Origin: an uncultured Christensenella sp. | GTDB lineage: Bacteria > Bacillota > Clostridia > Christensenellales > Christensenellaceae | NCBI GenBank assembly: GCA_964438705.1 | Contig: CAYTKQ010000001.1 | Location: 138,790-162,789 of the forward strand | Reading direction: 5' to 3' | DNA: 24,000 bases | In this document: positions 16,901 through 24,000 of the stretch, in pieces | How positions within the stretch are numbered: the stretch's first letter is position 1 | Layout of the letters: each line of letters opens with the position of its first letter | Translations under genes and position numbers: made by a program | Notes under the pieces: generated by a model | The model's input: the letters and a program-made list of their open reading frames with translations, nothing else | Told to the model about the DNA's origin: nothing | The model's database searches: none

Positions 16901-16932
16901 AAATAACAATAAACCATTAGGAGGTTTTTCTC

Positions 16933-17286
16933 ATGAGTGCTAGTTTGAAGGTCGGTTTGGGAACAGTTACATACGGTGAAGATTATATCGCATCGATCGC
17001 TGGTTATAACGCGCTGGAATGCTATGGTTTAGTGGGTATGTCCCAGAAAAACATTTCGGAAATGGTTGCGAACCTGTTCAAAGGAGATAACCTCAAAAAA
17101 GGCGTTAAGGTGAAAACCGACGATTCTGAAAACATCATCGTTGAGCTTTACATCACGGTGAAATATGGCGTTTCGTTGTCGGCTGTCGCGGAAAACATCA
17201 TCGACAAGGTGAAATATTCCGTGGAAAAGGAAACGGGGCTGAACGTGGAAAGCGTTGACATCATCGTACAGGGAATTCAGGTCTGA
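16933..17286 (+). CDS. Asp23/Gls24-family (alkaline shock, DUF322) protein, YloU-like
   Basis: The 117-aa product has the family pattern: G.V.Y.EDYIASIAGYNALECYGLVGM and VELYITVKYGVSLSAVAENI. It is paired with a downstream DAK2 protein, as in Bacillus yloU-yloV. Confidence 0.85.
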   Translation: MSASLKVGLGTVTYGEDYIASIAGYNALECYGLVGMSQKNISEMVANLFKGDNLKKGVKVKTDDSENIIVELYITVKYGVSLSAVAENIIDKVKYSVEKETGLNVESVDIIVQGIQV

Positions 17287-17299
17287 GGGGGAACTCGAA

Positions 17300-18949
17300 T
17301 TGGTCGCACTGCTGGATGCACAGCAATTCAAAAATATGATATTGGGCGCAGCCGCGTCCCTTGAGAAAAACAAGGAAGCGCTGGATGCGCTCAATGTTTT
17401 TCCTGTGCCAGACGGAGATACGGGAACGAACATGTCGCTTACCATGATTTCGGCAGCGAAGGAAGCTGCGGCAGCCGATGAAACAGATATGTCGGCCGTG
17501 GTCAAGGCGCTGAGCCTTGGCGCGTTAAAGGGTGCGCGTGGTAATTCGGGCGTTATTCTTTCGCAAATATTTGCGGGATTCGCGGATGCGCTGTCCAAAT
17601 CCAAAGAGGGCACAATCACAGTCCCCGCTTTGGCCGAGGCGTTCCGAAACGGCGTTACATATGCTTACAAAGCCGTCATGAAACCAAAGGAGGGGACGAT
17701 CCTTACGGTGGCCTCCAAAATGGCGGCGGCTGCAGAGTTGATGGCGACGAAGACGGACGATCTGTATGCGCAGCTTGAATATGTGATACAGGAAGGCGAA
17801 AAAGCGCTGCGTGAAACGCCGGAGCAGCTTCCGGTGCTCAAGGAAGCGGGCGTAGTGGATGCAGGCGGCGCGGGTTTTCTCGTGATCGTAATGGGGCTGA
17901 AAAGCGTTCTGGACGGTGCGGAGATCGACAGTGAGAATATTCTCGGTTCTGACGGCGTTGTGGTGAATTTTGCCAATCTCGATGCGGGCAATGAAGACAT
18001 CGAGTTTGGATATTGCACGGAATTTTTCATCAAGAATCTTTATCCCGAGGTGAAGGAGCGCGATATCGACACCTATCGCGGAAATCTCTCCAAAATAGGC
18101 GATTGCGTTCTGGTGGTCGGTGATTTAAACCTTGTGAAAACACATGTACACACGAACGAACCTGGGCTTGCGCTGCAATATGCGCAAATCCTTGGTGAAC
18201 TGAGCCACATCAAGATCGATAATATGCGTGAGCAGCACCGCGAGCTTTCGGAGATTGCACCGGAAATCGAGATTGCTGCACCCAAAGAAGAACGGCCTGT
18301 CGCCGTTGTGGCGGTTTCGGCGGGCGACGGGATCAAAACCATTTTTCGAGACTGGCAGATCGAAGCGTTTGTGGAGGGGGGGCAGTCTATGAATCCTTCC
18401 ACAGAAGACATTTTAAAGGCCGTTGAAAACGCGCCCTCGCAAAATGTAATCGTACTTCCCAACAATAAGAATATTGTTCTTGCGGCGGAGCAGGCGGCAG
18501 AGCTGAGCGAGAAAAATGTGATCGTTGTGAAGACAAAGTCTATCCCGCAGGGCATCGCGGCGGCGGTTGCTTATGACCCAGAGGCGGACATCGACGTGAA
18601 TGTCACAAAGATGGGTCGCGTGATTGCAGAGGTGAAGACGGGCCTTTTGACCCGCGCTGTGCGCGATACCAAAATGAATGGAAACAGCATCAAAAAAGAT
18701 GACTTGATCGGTATATCGGAAAGCGATATCGTGGCAAACGGTGAAAATTTAGATCAAGTGTTCACCGAACTGCTGCAAAAGATGACAAACGAAGAATCCG
18801 AGCTTATTACGATCTATTATGGAGAGGATGCGGATGAAGCACAGGCGGCGGCCCTTGGGAAGTTGTGCGAAGGCGTTTGCGAGGCGTGCGATGTTGAGAT
18901 ACACTATGGCGGACAGCCGGTATATCCATACATTATTTCTGTTGAGTGA
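17300..18949 (+). CDS. DAK2-domain protein, YloV-like (DhaL-like N-terminal domain plus C-terminal extension)
   Basis: ALDALNVFPVPDGDTGTNM and GARGNSGVILSQ are the DhaL/DAK2 signature. I prefer the TTG 17300 start because GAGGGGG (17285-17291) lies 8 nt upstream and the resulting N-terminal length matches my recollection of B. subtilis YloV. The track's start at 17255 is also a TTG but overlaps asp23 by 32 nt. The stop is secure. Confidence 0.85.
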   Translation: MVALLDAQQFKNMILGAAASLEKNKEALDALNVFPVPDGDTGTNMSLTMISAAKEAAAADETDMSAVVKALSLGALKGARGNSGVILSQIFAGFADALSKSKEGTITVPALAEAFRNGVTYAYKAVMKPKEGTILTVASKMAAAAELMATKTDDLYAQLEYVIQEGEKALRETPEQLPVLKEAGVVDAGGAGFLVIVMGLKSVLDGAEIDSENILGSDGVVVNFANLDAGNEDIEFGYCTEFFIKNLYPEVKERDIDTYRGNLSKIGDCVLVVGDLNLVKTHVHTNEPGLALQYAQILGELSHIKIDNMREQHRELSEIAPEIEIAAPKEERPVAVVAVSAGDGIKTIFRDWQIEAFVEGGQSMNPSTEDILKAVENAPSQNVIVLPNNKNIVLAAEQAAELSEKNVIVVKTKSIPQGIAAAVAYDPEADIDVNVTKMGRVIAEVKTGLLTRAVRDTKMNGNSIKKDDLIGISESDIVANGENLDQVFTELLQKMTNEESELITIYYGEDADEAQAAALGKLCEGVCEACDVEIHYGGQPVYPYIISVE

Positions 18950-18965
18950 GGCAGGGTAGAACAAC

Positions 18966-18993
18966 GAGCCGGCATTTGTGTCGGCTCTTTTTA
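18966..18993 (+). terminator. Intrinsic terminator after yloV
   Basis: GAGCCGGCA-TTTG-TGTCGGCTC forms a 9-bp stem (one G-U) followed by TTTTTAT. Confidence 0.75.
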
Positions 18994-19004
18994 TAGGGGA
19001 ATTT

Positions 19005-21011
19005 ATGGTATTATCCGATTCCGTAGCATGCCTTTCGGGCATTGGGGAAAAAACGCAGAAAACATTGCAGAAGGTTGGCGTTGCGACAATCGCCGATCTA
19101 CTGTATTATTTACCGCGCGCCTATAAGGATTTTTCCTTGTGCAAAAAACTCAATGAGGTGAAATTCGGTGAAACGGCTTTTATGTGCGTCAAGGTTTTTA
19201 CGCTGCCGCAGATAAAGCGCCCGAGACGCGGGCTTGAGATCACTTCCTTTCAGGTTACGGATGCCACGGGCATTGCGACGGTGGATATTTTCAATCAGTT
19301 TTATATCAAACATAATATCGTGCAGGGAAAAACGCTTTACATCTATGGGAAGCTGGAATCAAAATATGGGAAGATCAAGATATCGTCCCCGGAGCTTTAT
19401 TTCAAGAAGCCGGAAAGTGATTTTTTGCCCCTCTATCCGCTCACGGCGGGCTTAACGCAGAACATGCTGCGCAAATTTGCACGGGAAGCCCTGAGCAATG
19501 TGGAAATTTTGGAGCCATATTCCGAAGGGTTTTTGCGTGGAAATGGTTTGATGCCGCTGAAGCAGGCTTTGAAGGAAATTCATTTTCCTTCCGAAATGAA
19601 GAATGCGGAAAAGGCGCGGATACGCATCGTGTTTGATGAGCTATTGGTTTTCAACCGTATGCTTGAGCTTCTCGGAAGTGAGAAGCGGATGAAAAACCAT
19701 GCGCGCATCCGCAACGTGGAGGCAAAAAAATTTGAGCGACGGCTCGACTTTGCGCTGACAGGCGCGCAAAAGCGTGTGATGCGTGAGCTGCTCAATGACT
19801 TCGGCGGGGAATGCGCGATGAATCGGCTTGTGCAGGGCGATGTGGGCAGCGGAAAGACGGTGATCGCTTTTTTTGCAATGTTTTGTATGCGCGAAAGCGG
19901 ATATCAAAGTATGCTGATGGCACCCACGGAAATCTTGGCACAGCAGCATTATGAGACGGCAAGACAGCTCTTTGCTGAAGAGGAAATCGTATGTGTGACG
20001 GGTGCGCAAACCGCAAAGAAAAAAGCGGAGCTTCGTGAACGGATCGAAAGCGGCAGCGCGAAGATCATCATTGGAACACACGCATTGCTGTATGGAGACC
20101 TTGCTCTGGGCAGGCTGGGCCTCATCATTACGGATGAACAACACCGCTTTGGCGTCAAGCAACGCGCCGCACTTTCGGGGCAGCAAAATGTGCACACGCT
20201 CATCATGTCCGCAACACCGATCCCGCGTTCGCTTTCGCTTGTGCTGTTTGGGCATACGGATATCTCGGTCGTGGACGAGCTTCCGCCCGGAAGAAAGGAA
20301 ATCAAAACCTATCTGATCCATGGCAAAAAGTACGCCGATATGATCGGTTTTATTAGAAATGAATTGCGCGCAGGGCGGCAGACCTATATCGTCTGCCCCC
20401 TCATTGATGACAGCGAGGAGCTGGACGCGAAATCCGCGAAGCAGATGTTCGGGGAGCTTGAACAATGTTATCCCGGCGTTTGCATGGCATTGATCCATGG
20501 CAAGTTGAAAAATAAGGAAAAACAGGAGGTCATGGAGAGCTTTGCAGCGGGGAAGATCAACATTCTCGTCTCGACGACCGTGATCGAGGTGGGGATCAAC
20601 GTGCCAAATGCAACCGTGATGGCGGTGATGAACGCGGAGCGGTTTGGCCTCGCGCAGCTTCATCAGCTTAGAGGACGCGTTGGAAGGGGCAGTCACCAGT
20701 CCTATTGCTTTCTCGTATCTGAAAACCAGAATGCGTATGAGCGGCTGCGCGTGCTTGTGAACAGCGGCGACGGGTTTGAGATTGCCGAACAGGATATGAA
20801 GCTACGCGGAACGGGCGATCTTTTGGGAACGCGGCAGCATGGCGTGGGAACGCTTAGGATCGCAAACCTGATCGGTGACATGGACCTTCTGATAAAAACA
20901 CGTGGCGTGCTGGAAGCGATCAAAAAGCAAGGCGGGATGGAGTACGAAGCCATCACAAAAATAGCGCAGGAAAAGTTGAAGGAAAAGTTGATTGAGATCG
21001 CGCTCAATTAA
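19005..21011 (+). CDS. recG: ATP-dependent DNA helicase RecG
   Basis: The N-terminus L.GIGEKTQKTLQKVGVATIADLLYYLPRAY is typical RecG. Also present are Walker A GDVGSGKT, DEQHRFG, SATPIPR, TTVIEVGINVPNA, and HQLRGRVGRG plus the TRG-type LRGTGDLLGTRQHG. I chose ATG 19005 because the track's GTG 18978 lies inside the terminator stem. Confidence 0.92.
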   Translation: MVLSDSVACLSGIGEKTQKTLQKVGVATIADLLYYLPRAYKDFSLCKKLNEVKFGETAFMCVKVFTLPQIKRPRRGLEITSFQVTDATGIATVDIFNQFYIKHNIVQGKTLYIYGKLESKYGKIKISSPELYFKKPESDFLPLYPLTAGLTQNMLRKFAREALSNVEILEPYSEGFLRGNGLMPLKQALKEIHFPSEMKNAEKARIRIVFDELLVFNRMLELLGSEKRMKNHARIRNVEAKKFERRLDFALTGAQKRVMRELLNDFGGECAMNRLVQGDVGSGKTVIAFFAMFCMRESGYQSMLMAPTEILAQQHYETARQLFAEEEIVCVTGAQTAKKKAELRERIESGSAKIIIGTHALLYGDLALGRLGLIITDEQHRFGVKQRAALSGQQNVHTLIMSATPIPRSLSLVLFGHTDISVVDELPPGRKEIKTYLIHGKKYADMIGFIRNELRAGRQTYIVCPLIDDSEELDAKSAKQMFGELEQCYPGVCMALIHGKLKNKEKQEVMESFAAGKINILVSTTVIEVGINVPNATVMAVMNAERFGLAQLHQLRGRVGRGSHQSYCFLVSENQNAYERLRVLVNSGDGFEIAEQDMKLRGTGDLLGTRQHGVGTLRIANLIGDMDLLIKTRGVLEAIKKQGGMEYEAITKIAQEKLKEKLIEIALN

Positions 21012-21018
21012 AAACAGC

Positions 21019-21047
21019 TTGACAACGCAAAAGGAAACAATTATCAT
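21019..21047 (+). promoter_or_regulatory. Putative sigma-A promoter of the his operon
   Basis: A perfect TTGACA (21019-21024), a 17-nt spacer, then TATCAT (21042-21047). It begins 8 nt after the recG stop. Confidence 0.55.
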
Positions 21048-21088
21048 AGTAATGTAGTAGCGGTTTACTATACTAAATTATCGAAGAG

Positions 21089-22264
21089 ATGTTGAATATG
21101 GAGAAGTTGAAATTACAGGTACCGGCAGGGGCATGGGATTATCTTCCGGAAGAGTGCTCGGCAAAACGAAGAATTGAAGGGGAAATAAGGACGCGTTTTT
21201 TGATGAGCGGATATCACGAGATCGAGACCCCGTCCTTTGAATATTATGATGTATTCATGCATGATTCAGTACCGTATGTGCAGGAAAATATGATGAAATT
21301 TTTCGATCAGAAGGGCCGGATTCTTGCCTTGCGTCCAGACTTGACCGGACCGATCGCGCGCGCGGCTGCCACCAAATTGCTTTTAAAACAGGATGTGCTG
21401 CGCCTTTGCTATGTTGGAAATGCATTCGGTTTTTTGGACCGCGGGATCACGGGCAAAACGGAATTTACACAGGCGGGCGTTGAGTTGATTGGGAAAAAAG
21501 GAACAGACGCCGACGCGGAGGTGATCGCGCTGGCGATCGGCACGCTGCTCGGTATTGGGATCGAGGATTTTAAAATCGAACTAGGGCAGGTGGCTTATTT
21601 CAAAGGGCTGCTTGATGGTTCGGGGCTTGGTGAGGAGCAAACGGAACGCATTCGCTCGCTAGTGGATACCAAAAACAATGTAGAACTGGAATATGAGCTT
21701 TCCCGTTTGAATATCGATGCGGATACGAAGCATGCTCTTTTGGAGCTTGGCGGGTTGTTTGGCGGGCAGGAGGCGCTTTTGCGTGCGGAAGGGCTCGCGA
21801 AAAACGATCTTTGCCGGGACGCAGTGCAAAACATCCGCGCGGTATTCGACATTTTATGTGACTTTGGTTATGAGAAATATTTGTCGATTGATTTTGGCAT
21901 CCTCAACAACTTCAACTATTATTCGGGGATCATATTTCGGGGCATTTCAGACGGAATCGGCGCACCGATCCTTTCGGGCGGCCGTTACGATGAGCTGCTG
22001 CGGGAATTCGGCACTGACGCGCCCGCCACAGGTTTTGCTATGGGCATCAAGGAATTGCTTGTGGTGCTCGACCGCATGGGTAAGTTGGGCGGTGCAGTGC
22101 AAAAGACGGTGGTTGTGTGCGCGGAAGCAAAAGAACGTAAGGCGGCATTCGAATATGTGCAGGCTCTGCGCAAAGAGGGCCGGCGTGCCATTTTGGAGCT
22201 GAATGGAAACAGGGCCTATGACCCGGCGTTCTTCACATTGAGCGAATTTCAACAGAAAGGCTGA
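21089..22264 (+). CDS. hisZ: ATP phosphoribosyltransferase regulatory subunit HisZ (HisRS paralogue)
   Basis: It has a class-II aaRS-like HisRS fold (P.GAWDYLPEE, LRPDLTGPIARA, FRGISDGIGAPILSGGRYDEL) but lacks an anticodon-binding domain of full length. It sits directly upstream of a short-form hisG. The start is ambiguous between ATG 21089 and ATG 21098, and both have weak RBS. Confidence 0.85.
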   Translation: MLNMEKLKLQVPAGAWDYLPEECSAKRRIEGEIRTRFLMSGYHEIETPSFEYYDVFMHDSVPYVQENMMKFFDQKGRILALRPDLTGPIARAAATKLLLKQDVLRLCYVGNAFGFLDRGITGKTEFTQAGVELIGKKGTDADAEVIALAIGTLLGIGIEDFKIELGQVAYFKGLLDGSGLGEEQTERIRSLVDTKNNVELEYELSRLNIDADTKHALLELGGLFGGQEALLRAEGLAKNDLCRDAVQNIRAVFDILCDFGYEKYLSIDFGILNNFNYYSGIIFRGISDGIGAPILSGGRYDELLREFGTDAPATGFAMGIKELLVVLDRMGKLGGAVQKTVVVCAEAKERKAAFEYVQALRKEGRRAILELNGNRAYDPAFFTLSEFQQKG

Positions 22265-22270
22265 GCGAAC

Positions 22271-22903
22271 ATGGAACTGACAATCGCGCTTGCCAAGGGC
22301 AGGCTTGCAAAATTTGCGATCGCATTGTTTGATAAATGCGGCATCGACACATCGGAATTAAAGGAAGACACGCGCAAGCTGGTGGTGTACGACCGGAAAA
22401 ACGAGCTGCGGTTCGTTCTGGTAAAGCCGTCGGATGTTCCTGTCTACGTTTATCGCGGCGTGGCAGACATTGGCATCGCGGGGAAAGATACGCTGCTCGA
22501 GGAGGGGCTTCCCCTCTATGAGATGCTCGATTTGAAGAGTGGAAAATGCAAGATGTGTGTCGCCGGGTATCCGCGGCAAAAAGAACGCATCACCTCAAAC
22601 ATCACGCGCGTCGCGACCAAATATCCGCGCGTTGCCAAGATGTATTACGATGAAAAGGGTGAAGGCATCGAAATCATCAAGCTGAATGGCAGCATCGAGC
22701 TTGCACCCATCCTCGACCTATCTGACGTGATCGTCGACATTGTGGAAAGCGGAACGACCATCCGCGAAAACGGCCTAAGCATTCTGGAAGAAATTTGTGA
22801 TATCAGTGCGCGCCTTGTCGTCAATCAGGTCAGCTTAAAGACCAAATCGGAGAAAATCCAGCCTCTGATCGAAAAAATGAAATTTGCTCTGGAGGAACTT
22901 TGA
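22271..22903 (+). CDS. hisG: ATP phosphoribosyltransferase, short form (HisZ-dependent)
   Basis: The 210-aa product lacks the C-terminal regulatory domain. LTIALAKGRL, DIGIAGKD and DIVESGTTIRENGL match HisG. Confidence 0.92.
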   Translation: MELTIALAKGRLAKFAIALFDKCGIDTSELKEDTRKLVVYDRKNELRFVLVKPSDVPVYVYRGVADIGIAGKDTLLEEGLPLYEMLDLKSGKCKMCVAGYPRQKERITSNITRVATKYPRVAKMYYDEKGEGIEIIKLNGSIELAPILDLSDVIVDIVESGTTIRENGLSILEEICDISARLVVNQVSLKTKSEKIQPLIEKMKFALEEL

Positions 22904-22904
22904 T

Positions 22905-24000
22905 ATGCTGCCCATCATTTCGTCACGCGAAACAGAAACCATCAAAAAAAGGCTGCTTGAACGCGCACAGACAGATTATACAGAGCAGCAAACGGCTGTG
23001 GATGCCATTCTGCGCGACATACGTGAAAAAGGAGACGATGCGTTGTTCTCCTGCATTGAGCGTTTCGACGGCTATTCCGCAAATCCCGAAAATCTGCTCG
23101 TGAGTGAGGAAGAGATCGACCGGGCGTTTTCACAGACCGATGCGCAGCTTCTTGCGATCATGCGCGAAGCGGCGCAAAACATCGAAGCGTTTCACAATAT
23201 GCAAAAACGTGAAAACTGGTTTATGGAAAGCGACGGGAAATACTTGGGACAGCTTTATTTGCCTGTAGAAAATGCGGGCGTATATGTTCCGGGCGGAAAA
23301 GCGGCCTATCCCTCGAGCGTTTTGATGAACATCATTCCCGCAAAATGTGCGGGCGTTCCCAATATTTTCGTCGCGACCCCTGCGCAGGGCGGAGCCGTCA
23401 ACCCCGCGACGATCGCGGCGGCAAAAATTGCGGGCGCGCATAAGATTTACAAGATGGGCGGCGCACATGCAATCGCGGCGTTTGCCTTTGGAACGCAGAG
23501 CGTACCCCAAATGGATAAGATCACCGGACCGGGCAATATTTACGTTGCGCTTGCCAAAAAGAGCGTCTACGGGCAGGTGGGGCTGGATATGATCGCCGGG
23601 CCGTCGGAGGTTCTGGTCATCGCGGATGAAAGCGCGAATGAAACATTCATTGCGGCGGATTTTCTTTCGCAGGCCGAGCACGACGAGCTTGCGGCGTGTA
23701 TCCTTGTGACAACGAGCAGCGAAAAGGCGAAGGCTGTGCGCGACGAGATATTAAGGCAGGCGGAAGTGCTTCCGAAGCGTGAGATTGTGATGAAGTCCCT
23801 TGAAAACTATGGCACGATCATCGTTGCACAGGATATGGATGACGCGGTACGCGTCTCCAATTTGATTGCCCCGGAGCATCTGGAAATTTGTACGGAAAAC
23901 GTACGGGAGCTTCTTGCGGGCATCCGCAACGCAGGGTCGATCTTTCTGGGAGAATATTCGCCCGAACCGCTTGGGGATTATTTCGCGGGTACGAATCATG
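22905..24000 (+). CDS. hisD: Histidinol dehydrogenase (3' end outside window)
   Basis: This gene is not in the supplied ORF track because it has no stop codon within the window. My own translation from ATG 22905 (GGAGGA at 22891-22896) gives MLPIISSRETETIKKRLL...REKGDDALFSCIERFDG... It continues with GVYVPGGKAAYPSSVLMNIIPAKCAGV, ITGPGNIYVALAKK, DMIAGPSEVLVIADE, SQAEHDE and APEHLEI, which are all HisD hallmarks. The frame stays open to base 24000. Confidence 0.9.
   Translation, partial: MLPIISSRETETIKKRLLERAQTDYTEQQTAVDAILRDIREKGDDALFSCIERFDGYSANPENLLVSEEEIDRAFSQTDAQLLAIMREAAQNIEAFHNMQKRENWFMESDGKYLGQLYLPVENAGVYVPGGKAAYPSSVLMNIIPAKCAGVPNIFVATPAQGGAVNPATIAAAKIAGAHKIYKMGGAHAIAAFAFGTQSVPQMDKITGPGNIYVALAKKSVYGQVGLDMIAGPSEVLVIADESANETFIAADFLSQAEHDELAACILVTTSSEKAKAVRDEILRQAEVLPKREIVMKSLENYGTIIVAQDMDDAVRVSNLIAPEHLEICTENVRELLAGIRNAGSIFLGEYSPEPLGDYFAGTNH

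Noticed and set aside
19641-20696. 351-aa ORF on the - strand inside recG. Similar long antisense ORFs occur at 11148-12074, 3718-4560, 8561-9382, 3212-3997 and 7441-8151.
   Set aside because: All of them lie fully antisense to genes with strong motif support. Their translations are Arg/His/Cys/Pro-rich low-information sequence typical of shadow frames. None has a recognisable RBS or domain motif.
21048-21097. T-box riboswitch or leader-peptide attenuator upstream of hisZ.
   Set aside because: The distance from the predicted -10 element to the start codon is only about 40-50 nt. That is far too short for a T-box (more than 180 nt), and it contains no His-codon-rich mini-ORF or terminator/antiterminator pair.
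22900-23103. 67-aa track ORF at the hisG/hisD junction (MICCPSFRHAKQ...).
   Set aside because: It is out of frame with the real gene. The frame starting at ATG 22905 encodes an unmistakable HisD and stays open to the window end.
1-24000. A scan for CRISPR repeats, tandem or long direct repeats, IS ends, integrase/transposase genes, tRNA/rRNA, toxin-antitoxin pairs and defence-system genes.
   Set aside because: Reading both strands by eye, I recognised none of these. Every ORF over 90 aa with protein-like sequence is accounted for by housekeeping, PTS or his genes. A computational repeat search could still find short repeats that I missed.

Overview
This window reads as a Firmicutes/Clostridia-type chromosomal segment. 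It is almost entirely coding on the + strand and is colinear with the Bacillus subtilis 'ylo' region. From 1 to 9707 there is a tightly coupled housekeeping operon: priA (5'-truncated by the window), def, fmt, rsmB, rlmN, a PP2C phosphatase, a PASTA Ser/Thr kinase, rsgA, rpe and thiN. rpmB follows on the - strand (9752-9943), convergent on a shared bidirectional terminator. An AT-rich 358-bp control region then leads into a six-gene, self-contained PTS cassette (10302-16762). The cassette encodes an HTH/PRD/EIIB-like/EIIA-like regulator, Gat-family EIIB, EIIC and EIIA, HPr and Enzyme I, and it ends in a strong intrinsic terminator. The conserved order resumes with asp23/yloU, the DAK2 protein yloV and recG. 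The start of a histidine operon follows: hisZ, short-form hisG, and hisD, which runs off the 3' edge and is missing from the supplied ORF track. I saw no rRNA, tRNA, CRISPR array, transposase/integrase, phage genes or defence-type genes. All product calls rest on motifs and remembered family sequences, because no database search was possible. I did not find a convincing previously undescribed system. The only accessory-looking module is the PTS cassette sitting at the rpmB/yloU junction. Its unusual points are ptsH-ptsI placed distal to a regulator that itself depends on them, the absence of catabolic genes, paired palindromes around its promoter, and a GNRA-capped hairpin before ptsH. The other observations are minor and scored accordingly.
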